Part shown: positions 18,138 to 26,760 of the stretch, piece after piece
How positions within the stretch are numbered: the stretch's first letter is position 1
Layout of the letters: each line of letters starts with the position of its first letter
From: Methanocaldococcus jannaschii DSM 2661
GTDB lineage: Archaea; AGJL01; Methanococci; Methanococcales; Methanocaldococcaceae
Length of the DNA stretch: 32,000 nucleotides
Direction of reading: 5' to 3'
NCBI RefSeq assembly: GCF_000091665.1
Contig: NC_000909.1
Location: 1,342,117 to 1,374,116, forward strand
The notes under the pieces: model-generated
What the model saw: the letters and a program-made list of their open reading frames with translations, nothing else
Told to the model about the DNA's origin: nothing
Database searches by the model: none
Translations under genes and position numbers: made by a program

Positions 18138-20564
18138 ATGCTTATTGTTAGGAAGCCAAAAAAGAAAAAAGATGAGATAGAAATTGTTAAAGTAGGTGGA
18201 AAAATAGAAGATGGGATAGAAGTTAAAAATAATCAGAAGATATTTGCAAATTACAAAAAAGTTGGAGATAAATACAAATTATACAGATGTAGAGTAGGAG
18301 ATAAGTTAATTCAGCCGTCTAAGGTTTTGGAGTTGTTAAAATCTGACAAAATATTTATATTAAAAGAAAATGAGGAAGAAATAGAAGAAGTTTTAAAATC
18401 ATACAATTTAAAGTTTGATTATATAGAACTCTGCCCATTCTGTTTATTAAAAAATATCTACAAAAGATTGACAAGAAATAATAGATGTAGATATGGAAAT
18501 TTAGAAATATGTATAAACTGCGGGATTAATGAAATCAAAGAGGAAGTAAAAATTAGCGAAGAATTTATAGAGAAATTTTTAAAGAGATTTAAAGATGTTG
18601 ATAAAGTTCTATCTTTGTTGAGAATAAGAAATCCATTGGATAAGCCGGAATTAACAAGATATGATATTATAACAGGTAGTGAAGAAGATAAGATTGAAAA
18701 TTATAAGATAGATGAGTTAGATATTCCAGAAGAACTTAAAGAGATAATAAAGAGTAGGGGGATTGAAGAGCTTTTGCCTGTTCAAACACTATCCGTTAAA
18801 GCTGGTTTGTTAAACGGAGATGATTTATTAATTATTTCAGCAACTTCATCTGGAAAAACTTTAATTGGTGAGTTAGCAGGAATTAAAAATTTAATTAAAA
18901 CTGGAAAAAAGTTTCTATTTTTAGTTCCTTTAGTTGCCTTAGCAAATCAAAAATACTTAGAATTTAAAGAAAGATATGAAAAATTAGGTTTTAAAGTTAG
19001 TTTAAGAGTTGGATTAGGTAGGATTGGAAAGAAAGTTGATGTTGAGACATCGTTAGATGCTGATATTATCGTTGGGACTTACGAAGGAATTGATTATTTA
19101 ATTAGAACTAAAAGATTAAAAGATATTGGAACAGTGGTTATTGATGAAATCCACTCTTTGAATTTAGAGGAGAGAGGAGCAAGATTGGATGGTTTAATTG
19201 GTAGGCTGAGGTTTTTATTTAAAGAGGCACAAAAAATATATTTATCAGCAACAATTGGAAATCCAAAGGAATTGGCTAAACAACTAAATGCCAAATTAGT
19301 TTTATATAATGGAAGGCCAGTTCCTTTAGAGAGACATATAATTTTCTGCAAAAATGACTTTGCCAAACTAAATATTATCAAAGAAATTGTTAAAAGAGAA
19401 TGGCAGAACATTTCAAAATTTGGATATAGAGGGCAGTGCTTAATATTTACTTACTCAAGAAAGAGAGCAGAGTATTTAGCTAAAGCTTTAAAATCTAAAG
19501 GAATTAAAGCAGAGTTCTATCATGGAGGTATGGAATATATAAAAAGAAGGAAAGTTGAAGATGATTTCGCAAATCAAAAAATTCAGTGCGTTGTTACAAC
19601 TGCCGCTTTATCTGCAGGGGTTGATTTTCCAGCATCAACTGTTATCTTAGAGAGTTTAGCTATGGGGGCTGATTGGTTAAATCCTGCTGAATTCCAGCAA
19701 ATGTGTGGGAGGGCTGGAAGAAAGGGGATGCATGAAATTGGGAAGGTCTATCTTTTGGTGGAAATAGGGAAGAAATATCATGCAAAGATGGAAAATACTG
19801 AGGATGAAGTGGCATTTAAATTATTAAACGCAGTTCCTGAAGATGTTAAAGTTGAATATAATGAGGATGAGGAGGAAGAGCAGATATTAGCTACAATCTC
19901 AGCTGGAATAACTAACAGATACGATATAGATAGAGTTCCTTATATTGGAAGGGCATTTTCTTTGAACAAAATTTTGAGTAATTTAGAGAGTTATGGAATG
20001 ATAAAAGCTAATAATGATGTGAAATTAACAAATTATGGAAGTGCAGTTGCTATTTCATTTTTATATCCAAAGGTTGCTGAAAAAATTAAAGAGGGGATTA
20101 TTGAGAATAAAGAGATTATAAAACTAATTACTGAAATTATGCCCTTTGAAAACGTCTATTTATCAAACAATTTAAAAATAAAGCTTTCAAAAATTTTGAA
20201 TATAAATGTTCCTTCAAGGTTTTTTGATGCTTTGGAAGTTATTAGGGAGGGGATGGAAAAAATTAAGGATAAGAAGTTAAAGGAGGATTTAACTTTAATT
20301 ATTATGGAATTTGAGGGAGTTGAAGTTGAAGAAAAAATTTTAGAGATGATTATTAATCTAAGGATTTCTGGAAAAACTCCTGGACAGATATCAAAGACAT
20401 TATATGAAGAGTTTAAAATACAAACGTACTCTGGAGATATTTACTATTACTTAGAGCAGTTATTAAATCTTTTAGACGCTACAGAGAGAATAGCGAGGAT
20501 ATTTAACAAGAGATATGCCGAGAAAGTTAAAGAACTAAAAGAGAAAATTGAAAATCCAAAATAG
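18138..20564 (+). CDS. Ski2-like SF2 helicase with N-terminal Cys-rich (putative zinc-finger) domain
   Basis: ATSSGKT, VIDEIHSL (DEIH), SATIGNPKELAK, QMCGRAGRKG motifs; N-terminal CPFC...C...CINC. Confidence 0.92.
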   Translation: MLIVRKPKKKKDEIEIVKVGGKIEDGIEVKNNQKIFANYKKVGDKYKLYRCRVGDKLIQPSKVLELLKSDKIFILKENEEEIEEVLKSYNLKFDYIELCPFCLLKNIYKRLTRNNRCRYGNLEICINCGINEIKEEVKISEEFIEKFLKRFKDVDKVLSLLRIRNPLDKPELTRYDIITGSEEDKIENYKIDELDIPEELKEIIKSRGIEELLPVQTLSVKAGLLNGDDLLIISATSSGKTLIGELAGIKNLIKTGKKFLFLVPLVALANQKYLEFKERYEKLGFKVSLRVGLGRIGKKVDVETSLDADIIVGTYEGIDYLIRTKRLKDIGTVVIDEIHSLNLEERGARLDGLIGRLRFLFKEAQKIYLSATIGNPKELAKQLNAKLVLYNGRPVPLERHIIFCKNDFAKLNIIKEIVKREWQNISKFGYRGQCLIFTYSRKRAEYLAKALKSKGIKAEFYHGGMEYIKRRKVEDDFANQKIQCVVTTAALSAGVDFPASTVILESLAMGADWLNPAEFQQMCGRAGRKGMHEIGKVYLLVEIGKKYHAKMENTEDEVAFKLLNAVPEDVKVEYNEDEEEEQILATISAGITNRYDIDRVPYIGRAFSLNKILSNLESYGMIKANNDVKLTNYGSAVAISFLYPKVAEKIKEGIIENKEIIKLITEIMPFENVYLSNNLKIKLSKILNINVPSRFFDALEVIREGMEKIKDKKLKEDLTLIIMEFEGVEVEEKILEMIINLRISGKTPGQISKTLYEEFKIQTYSGDIYYYLEQLLNLLDATERIARIFNKRYAEKVKELKEKIENPK

Positions 20565-20689
20565 ATAATATTTGGATACATGATTTTATAATAACACATA
20601 TAAAAATTTTTTATTTTTTAATAAAAATGTTTATTTAGCTTTTATTTTTGATTTAGAGGTTGTTAAATCAGCGATTTCACCCAATTATA

Positions 20690-20954
20690 GAACATTATGA
20701 AGCTTTTTACTCAACTAACAACCGTATCGAATTTACCATTACTTGGAAATCTATTTAAAACCTCTTTAATCTTATGATAATAAATTCTAATCGATTCGTG
20801 ACTTATATCTTCGAATTTGGAGGGGGATAAACCACTTTCCTCAATGATAATCCGAGGTAGTATAAAAGCCCTGCTAAGATTTTAACCTCTATCGATTCCT
20901 ATTCCTTTTAAAAAGCTTCCTCTCTACGATTCTCTCCTTTATAACTTCTATCAT
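20690..20954 (-). pseudogene. Degenerate transposase remnant (archaeal DDE type), with frameshifts, stops and likely loss of the catalytic core
   Basis: Minus-strand pieces in different frames read [20 protein letters not shown] / [20 protein letters not shown] / [25 protein letters not shown]...KFDTVV / SFIMFYNWVKSLI. These resemble archaeal IS transposase N-terminal HTH and C-terminal segments. Confidence 0.55.
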
Positions 20955-21195
20955 GAGCCTCATATTTTATTATTTTTTATCAATATTTAATAAAAACTTA
21001 ACTTGACAATCTCTTCTATCACCTTTAGAAAAAGTAATATAATTTTAAGGTTGTTTTGAAATTCTAATTATTTTTTAATCCAAAAAGAAATATTTTATTG
21101 CATATATTTTATTACATATTAGCAGTTAAAGGTTATTTTATATTTAAATCTTTAAAACTATTTAGATAAAAAAAAGAAAGAAAAAAGGTGAGAAT

Positions 21196-22236
21196 TTATA
21201 ACCTATCTTTTAATACAATATTGACATCAACTTGTTTATATACTCCTTGGTCGGAAACAACTTTTACAGGGATTTTAACAGTTGTTTCTCCACTTGGCTC
21301 TTCTTGGAAACCCATACTTGAACCAAAGAAGAAGAATATTTCTTTTGAAACTTTTTCTCCTTTATGTAATGTTCCAACATCCCATTCTGAAGTATAGAAC
21401 TTAGCATCGATTGGTGTTTTGTATTTGTAAAATGCTTGAGCAGTGTTCCATCCAATGAATTTTGTAGCTGTTAATGTATTTGTCCAGCTTGAATATGAAC
21501 CATTAACCGCACATGCATACCACATATTGTTGAATCCTCCTGCATACAACCTCATACTTTGGACATCATTTTGTGAATATGGCCATTTCTTAGCAGTTGT
21601 AACTGATAAATCTTTACTACCATCTACTGCTGCAACTCCAGTAACTGAGTTTGGAGCTAATATGTAGTATACACTTGTATAGTTGTTTCCATCATCTCCA
21701 GTCCATGTAGCATCTGGGTATATTCCAGTTCTATTTAATATACCTTTAAATGGAGTCCCATCATTTGTGCATAATAAATATGCATCATAGTTTTGTCCGT
21801 TGTAGTTTAATGTAATCTTTTTGAGTGTTAAACCAGCAACTTCTGTGGCTCCGTCACTTTCTATTTTTACATTTGTTAATGTCGAATCATAGTAGTTTTC
21901 TAAAGTTAATGGAACTGGAACGATTAATCTTTCATCATATGAGCCATAATCTGTTGTAGTCAAGTGAGAGAGTTTGTAATCTGGAGTAGGATATGTTAAA
22001 TCCAAATCTCCTTCAACATCAATTTCTTTTGGAACTCCAACACCTATGGCTCCTGCAGCGTAGGTTATTGTGGATGTTGTTCCTTCTAATGCTGACTGAG
22101 TACTTTGCTGGCTGTTATTAAATAATCCACTTCCCCATGCGTAGAATACTGCTCCTACGACTATTGTAACTCCTAACACGATTAATAAGGCTAAGATTGG
22201 AGAGATTGCTTTTTTGTTCTTCATCCATTCAAACAT
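21196..22236 (-). CDS. Archaeal type IV pilin-like protein
   Basis: N-terminus MFEWMKNKKAISPILALLIVLGVTIVVGAVFYAWGSGLF. Start preceded by GAGGTGATG. Confidence 0.85.
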   Translation of the reverse strand: MFEWMKNKKAISPILALLIVLGVTIVVGAVFYAWGSGLFNNSQQSTQSALEGTTSTITYAAGAIGVGVPKEIDVEGDLDLTYPTPDYKLSHLTTTDYGSYDERLIVPVPLTLENYYDSTLTNVKIESDGATEVAGLTLKKITLNYNGQNYDAYLLCTNDGTPFKGILNRTGIYPDATWTGDDGNNYTSVYYILAPNSVTGVAAVDGSKDLSVTTAKKWPYSQNDVQSMRLYAGGFNNMWYACAVNGSYSSWTNTLTATKFIGWNTAQAFYKYKTPIDAKFYTSEWDVGTLHKGEKVSKEIFFFFGSSMGFQEEPSGETTVKIPVKVVSDQGVYKQVDVNIVLKDRL

Positions 22237-22262
22237 ATTACATCACCTCGTTCTTTCCTCGG

Positions 22263-22281
22263 GTATCCTATTACAGGAGAC
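22263..22281 (-). promoter_or_regulatory. 5'-leader hairpin of pilin gene 21196-22236
   Basis: Minus strand GTCTCCTGTAATAGGATAC, imperfect palindrome, same position relative to the start as in the paralog. Confidence 0.6.
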
Positions 22282-22548
22282 CGTCATTGGAATTAAATAT
22301 TACTTTATATATTATTAAACTTTCTTTAATGTAGGTGGTTATGTATATACGAATTTCGTCTATATAAAATTTTCTATATAATTCATAAAGAAAATTTTAA
22401 ATATGAAAATTTAACTAACAGTATGATTTTTATATGAAAAAATATTTATTTTTCATAAATTTTATTTTTTTCAGAATTTGAAAAGAGATTTTTATATTAA
22501 ATTTGAATTTATGGATGTATATAAATAAAAAAGAAAAAATTAGAAAAT

Positions 22549-23622
22549 CTACTCATCATCATAGACCGTAAATTTAACTTTAACTTCTTTAGTTACTCCT
22601 TCGTTAGATACAACTTTTAACGGAACTTCAAATGTCACATATCCATCATTTGTAGATCCTTTGTAGTTTGGCAAGTATAATGTATTGAAGAATAAGTAGG
22701 TTTTTACAGTTTTTTCTGAGTTCTTTGGTAATGTTCCTACAACATATTCTGGGTTGTTGAATAGTTTATCTAAGTATGTTGCAGAACTGCAGAACCATTG
22801 TGCAACCAATGTTCCACTTCCAAATCCTGGTTTTAATTCTTCTCCAGTAGCTGTGTATAACTTAACATTACTACAGTATGTTCCATAATATGGCCATGAA
22901 GTCTCTACAAGTGGAGCTACTCCAGTTGTTGTATTAACTGCATCCCAGCTGGAGTCTGATGTTGCACCAACTGAAGAAGCCAATTTTCCATAGGTGTCTC
23001 TTGTCTGATTCCATGCAATTACATACCCATTACTAACTTCAAACATTCCTGATTTATTTACGTATCCAACGAACAATGTTCCATCTTTCTTCAACAATTG
23101 ATAGTTGTCATTTAGGTGTAACCAGAATGCATAGAACTTTGCAGATATATCTTCAAAGGCATTTGTGTAAGTTCCACCCATATCAACTATTTTTGGGATT
23201 CCTCCTACAACTTTAACTCCAGTTAATTTATAATCTTGTGTGTCAATAGTTACTGGAATTTCCACAATAAATCTTTCGTCATAGAATACTGTGCCGTATG
23301 TTGAATTATAACATCCATTTGAAGTAGATGGCTTTGCAATTTTTCCGTTACCATTTGGATAGCCTAACCATGAATCACTATCATCAGCATCTTGGTATCT
23401 TATTTTGTCAATACATGTTGCTGCAACCCTAATTGCCCCAGCATCATAAAACATATTTGTTGCAGTCCCTTCAACTGCTGCCTGTGTCTTTTCTTGGCTG
23501 TTTCCGAATAAATTACTTCCCCATGCGTAGAATACTGCTCCTACGACTATTGTAACTCCTAACACGATTAATAAGGCTAAGATTGGAGAGATTGCTTTTT
23601 TATTCTTTAACCAGTCCATCAT
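22549..23622 (-). CDS. Archaeal type IV pilin-like protein, paralog
   Basis: Listed ORF extends to 23673, but MMDWLKNKKAISPILALLIVLGVTIV... starting at 23622 with upstream AGGTGGG is the likely true start. Confidence 0.85.
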   Translation of the reverse strand: MMDWLKNKKAISPILALLIVLGVTIVVGAVFYAWGSNLFGNSQEKTQAAVEGTATNMFYDAGAIRVAATCIDKIRYQDADDSDSWLGYPNGNGKIAKPSTSNGCYNSTYGTVFYDERFIVEIPVTIDTQDYKLTGVKVVGGIPKIVDMGGTYTNAFEDISAKFYAFWLHLNDNYQLLKKDGTLFVGYVNKSGMFEVSNGYVIAWNQTRDTYGKLASSVGATSDSSWDAVNTTTGVAPLVETSWPYYGTYCSNVKLYTATGEELKPGFGSGTLVAQWFCSSATYLDKLFNNPEYVVGTLPKNSEKTVKTYLFFNTLYLPNYKGSTNDGYVTFEVPLKVVSNEGVTKEVKVKFTVYDDE

Positions 23623-23648
23623 CTTCCCACCTCTACTACTTCCCTCAA

Positions 23649-23667
23649 GTATCCCACCATGGGAGAC
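23649..23667 (-). promoter_or_regulatory. 5'-leader hairpin of pilin gene 22549-23622
   Basis: Minus strand GTCTCCCATGGTGGGATAC, same length, with compensatory changes versus 22263-22281. Confidence 0.6.
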
Positions 23668-23989
23668 CGTCATCGGGAGTAATAATTTTATATATTTTTT
23701 ATTAATTTGTGTAGGTTATTATGTATATTATATTACTTATGCAGTATATCATGCCAAAATAATATATAAATCTTACGATTTTTTAAAAAATATTATTACT
23801 CAAATATTAATTTTTAAACAAATAATGATAAAAGATATTTTAAAATATTTTAAAGTTTTCTTTAATATTGTTAGGAAAATAGAGCCAAATTAAACATTCA
23901 CATTTCTTAATACGTAACTGCTGTTAAACTTTAAATATTAAATGTGATATAATATCAATCATCAAAATTTCTGTTAAAAGGTGAGATTA

Positions 23990-25246
23990 ATGTTAAACGA
24001 ACCAGTAAAAGAGATAATGACAAAAGATGTAGTTACAGTAACACCTGATACACCTGTCTCAAAGGCATTAGGAATTATGGAAGAGAACGGATTTCATCAT
24101 TTAATAGTTGTTGATAAAAAAGACGGTAAGGAAGAATATTACTTAATAAGCATGAGAGATTTGTTGTTGGCATCATCAACAGATGAAGAAGTTAGGTCGT
24201 TAATGTATAAAGCACACTGCGTACATGAAGATACTCCATTTTTGGATGCTGTATGTGAGATGTTGGATAGTGGGCAGAGAGCAGCTCCAATAGTTAATAA
24301 TGTAGGAAAAATGGTAGGAATTATAACTGACTATGATATAATGGCAAGAGCTGCAAAATCAAAAATAATGAAAGATACAAAGGTTACAAAGATAATGACA
24401 AGGAATGTTATTACAATAAACGAAAATGACTCAATTGGTAAAGCGAGAGCTTTGATGAGAGACAATAACATCGGTAGATTGGTTGTTGTAGATGATGAAG
24501 GAAACCCAGTTGGAATGGTTACTGAAGTCGATATATTAAAAAAGGTCTTTAAACCTAAGAAAAAGATGACTGCTGGAGAATTTAAAGGAGAAAAAGTTCC
24601 AAGAATGGGACAGCCAGTTAGATTAATTATGAACACTCCATTAATAACAGTCGATGTTGATGCAAGTGCTGCAGATGCTGCAAGAGTTATGCAAGAATAT
24701 GATATTAGAGGAGTCCCAGTTGTTAAAGGAAAATCATTGAGGGGAATTGTCACAAGATTGGATATTATTAAATATATTGCTGATTTAAAGAAAGGGGCAA
24801 TGATTGAAATTGAATTACACGGTATGTTAGACCCAGAATTTAAAGACCTTGCTGAAAGAATTATTGCAACAGAAGTTAAAAAGATGGTTAAACATGCAGG
24901 AAAGATTCATTGGATAAAAATAACAATCAAAAAAGAGAGAGATAAAGGAGGAGTTCCTTATTATAGAATAACAACTTATGTTAAGACACCAAATAAATTA
25001 TATGTTGGGGAGGGTAGGCCAAAAGCATCATTACCAAACAAATTAGAGGCTGAAGGTGAAGATATAGCTTATGTTTCAGAACATGAAAGATGGGAGTTTA
25101 TTGATGTTTTAAAAGAGTCATTAGAATCAGTATTGAGGCAGTTAGAAGCTGATTATGATAAATATCATCCAAAACATGCTGGTAAAGTAGTTAAAGGACA
25201 GTTCCCTGAAGAATTTAATCCAGAAGAGTTTAAGAAAGAGGAATAA
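23990..25246 (+). CDS. Four-CBS-domain protein with C-terminal HPF/RaiA-like domain
   Basis: Four CBS motifs ([22 protein letters not shown]..., ...[21 protein letters not shown]..., etc.) and C-terminal [47 protein letters not shown] 23990 has an upstream AGGTGA. Confidence 0.85.
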   Translation: MLNEPVKEIMTKDVVTVTPDTPVSKALGIMEENGFHHLIVVDKKDGKEEYYLISMRDLLLASSTDEEVRSLMYKAHCVHEDTPFLDAVCEMLDSGQRAAPIVNNVGKMVGIITDYDIMARAAKSKIMKDTKVTKIMTRNVITINENDSIGKARALMRDNNIGRLVVVDDEGNPVGMVTEVDILKKVFKPKKKMTAGEFKGEKVPRMGQPVRLIMNTPLITVDVDASAADAARVMQEYDIRGVPVVKGKSLRGIVTRLDIIKYIADLKKGAMIEIELHGMLDPEFKDLAERIIATEVKKMVKHAGKIHWIKITIKKERDKGGVPYYRITTYVKTPNKLYVGEGRPKASLPNKLEAEGEDIAYVSEHERWEFIDVLKESLESVLRQLEADYDKYHPKHAGKVVKGQFPEEFNPEEFKKEE

Positions 25247-25293
25247 TTCCTTTTAATTTTAATAATATATTTTTTATTATTTTATTATTATTT

Positions 25294-25603
25294 TTGGTGA
25301 AGTTTATGCCTACAACTTATGAAATTATTATTTACGGTAGAATCCAGCATGTTGGATTTAGAGAAAGGATTGAAAACTTGGGACATGCCTTAGGAATTGA
25401 TGGAATTGTGTATAACTATGAAGATGGGACTGTTCGAATTTTGGCAAATTTTCCAAGTGAAAGAAAAAAGAAATTATTCAAGGATAAAACTAATTTTTGG
25501 AGAGTTAGAAAATGTAAATAAAAAATTAGAGGTATTGAATGAGATAAAAGAAACACAAATAAAAATGCTAAAAATATTAGAGAAAATTGAACAAAAGCTT
25601 TAA
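25294..25603 (+). pseudogene. Acylphosphatase-like gene with apparent frameshift near 25480-25510
   Basis: [41 protein letters not shown] is acylphosphatase-like. ORF stops at 25521, while frame 2 continues [35 protein letters not shown] to 25603. Confidence 0.6.
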
Positions 25604-25619
25604 ATTTTAAGTGATTCCT

Positions 25620-26060
25620 ATGGAGGAGTTAAAAGTTAAAAAAATTACAAATGGGACTGTAATTGACCATATAGATGCTGGAAAGGCATTAATGGTTTTT
25701 AAGGTTTTAAATGTCCCAAAAGAGACATCTGTGATGATAGCCATTAATGTCCCATCAAAAAAGAAAGGAAAGAAAGATATTTTAAAAATTGAAGGAATTG
25801 AATTAAAAAAGGAGGATGTTGATAAAATATCTTTAATTTCTCCAGATGTAACTATCAACATCATTAGAAACGGAAAAGTTGTTGAAAAACTTAAACCACA
25901 AATTCCAGATGAGATAGAAGGGACATTAAAATGCACAAATCCAAATTGCATAACAAATAAAGAAAAAGTTAGAGGAAAATTTAAAATAGAAAGTAAAAAC
26001 CCATTAAAAATTAGATGCTATTATTGTGAGAAGTTTTTAAATGAAGTAATTTTTGAATGA
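25620..26060 (+). CDS. pyrI: Aspartate carbamoyltransferase regulatory chain
   Basis: VKKITNGTVIDHIDAGKAL...; zinc site CTNPNCITNKE...RCYYCEK. Confidence 0.95.
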   Translation: MEELKVKKITNGTVIDHIDAGKALMVFKVLNVPKETSVMIAINVPSKKKGKKDILKIEGIELKKEDVDKISLISPDVTINIIRNGKVVEKLKPQIPDEIEGTLKCTNPNCITNKEKVRGKFKIESKNPLKIRCYYCEKFLNEVIFE

Positions 26061-26110
26061 ATAATTTAAAAGTGGTATTATGGAATTAAAAGGAAGAAGT
26101 ATTTCAAAGC

Positions 26111-26260
26111 ATAGAGGCAAAGCCTCTATTGCTATACTCCAGAGCGGGGTTGCCAGAGGCAACCCCACTTTCTATCTGGGGAGTATCCCAATAGAGGGGC
26201 AAAGCCCTTCTATAGTGAGGATACCTCTTAACACTCCCCTTGCTAACGCTCGGAGGTGTA
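26111..26260. ncRNA. Multi-hairpin, G+C-rich element; candidate structured RNA or palindromic insertion element
   Basis: Hairpins ATAGAGGC-AAA-GCCTCTAT, GGGGTTGCC-AGA-GGCAACCCC inside ATACTCC/GGAGTAT, and ATAGAGGGGC-AAA-GCCCTTCTAT. Hand-counted G+C is 77/150 in an otherwise AT-rich region. Confidence 0.55.
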
Positions 26261-26286
26261 AATTTTCTTATGATTGAGGGATTATT

Positions 26287-26676
26287 ATGGAACTAAAAGG
26301 AAGAAGTATATCAAAAGGTATTATTGAAGGCATAGCAATCGTTTCTAAAAAACCATTCTCTTTTTTAGGAGGAGTTGATGAAGAGGGCAACATTATAGAT
26401 AAAGATAGCGATTTATATGGACAATCATTGAAAGGAAAAATCTTTGTATTTCCTTATGGTAGGGGGAGTACTGTTGGCTCCTATGTTATTTATGGTTTAG
26501 CAAAGAGAGGGATTTTAAAGGGTATAGTTAATAAAGAATGTGAGCCAATAGTTGCCACTGGGGCTATTTTAGGAGGAATTCCTTTAGTTGATAAAATAGA
26601 TATTGAGGAGATAAAAACTGGAGATAGGATTGTTGTTGATGGAAATACAGGAGTGGTGAAAATTTTAAATAAATGA
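26287..26676 (+). CDS. DUF126/AcnX small-subunit-like protein, putative phosphomevalonate dehydratase small subunit
   Basis: ELKGRSISKGIIEGIAIV...FVFPYGRGSTVGSYVIYGLA...IPLVDKI...GDRIVVDGNTGVV. Confidence 0.85.
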   Translation: MELKGRSISKGIIEGIAIVSKKPFSFLGGVDEEGNIIDKDSDLYGQSLKGKIFVFPYGRGSTVGSYVIYGLAKRGILKGIVNKECEPIVATGAILGGIPLVDKIDIEEIKTGDRIVVDGNTGVVKILNK

Positions 26677-26760
26677 AAATAAAAATCATTCTTTTATTAG
26701 AAGATTTATTTTAATTTTATTTTATCGATAAATCTATTAAAAACTTTTTTGGTGATAATT

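Noticed and set aside
19094-19411. Minus-strand 105-aa ORF inside the helicase gene
   Set aside because: Antisense to conserved helicase motifs; no start-site or domain support.
20566-21190. C/D-box sRNA in the gap (AUGAUAA-like boxes near 20775 and 20844)
   Set aside because: No properly spaced C/D'/C'/D set was found, and the transposase-like peptide fragments explain the interval better.
21188-21667. Plus-strand and extra minus-strand ORFs across the pilin gene (21188, 21264, 21443)
   Set aside because: They overlap the pilin CDS, which is supported by its signal motif and paralog.
24331-25951. Minus-strand ORFs opposite the CBS and PyrI genes (24331-24753, 25607-25951)
   Set aside because: Antisense of conserved, well-identified proteins.
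26080-26277. 65-aa ORF listed as a stand-alone gene
   Set aside because: Beyond the first ten codons it runs through the palindromic hairpins, so the composition is explained by structure. I keep it as a finding rather than calling it a CDS.
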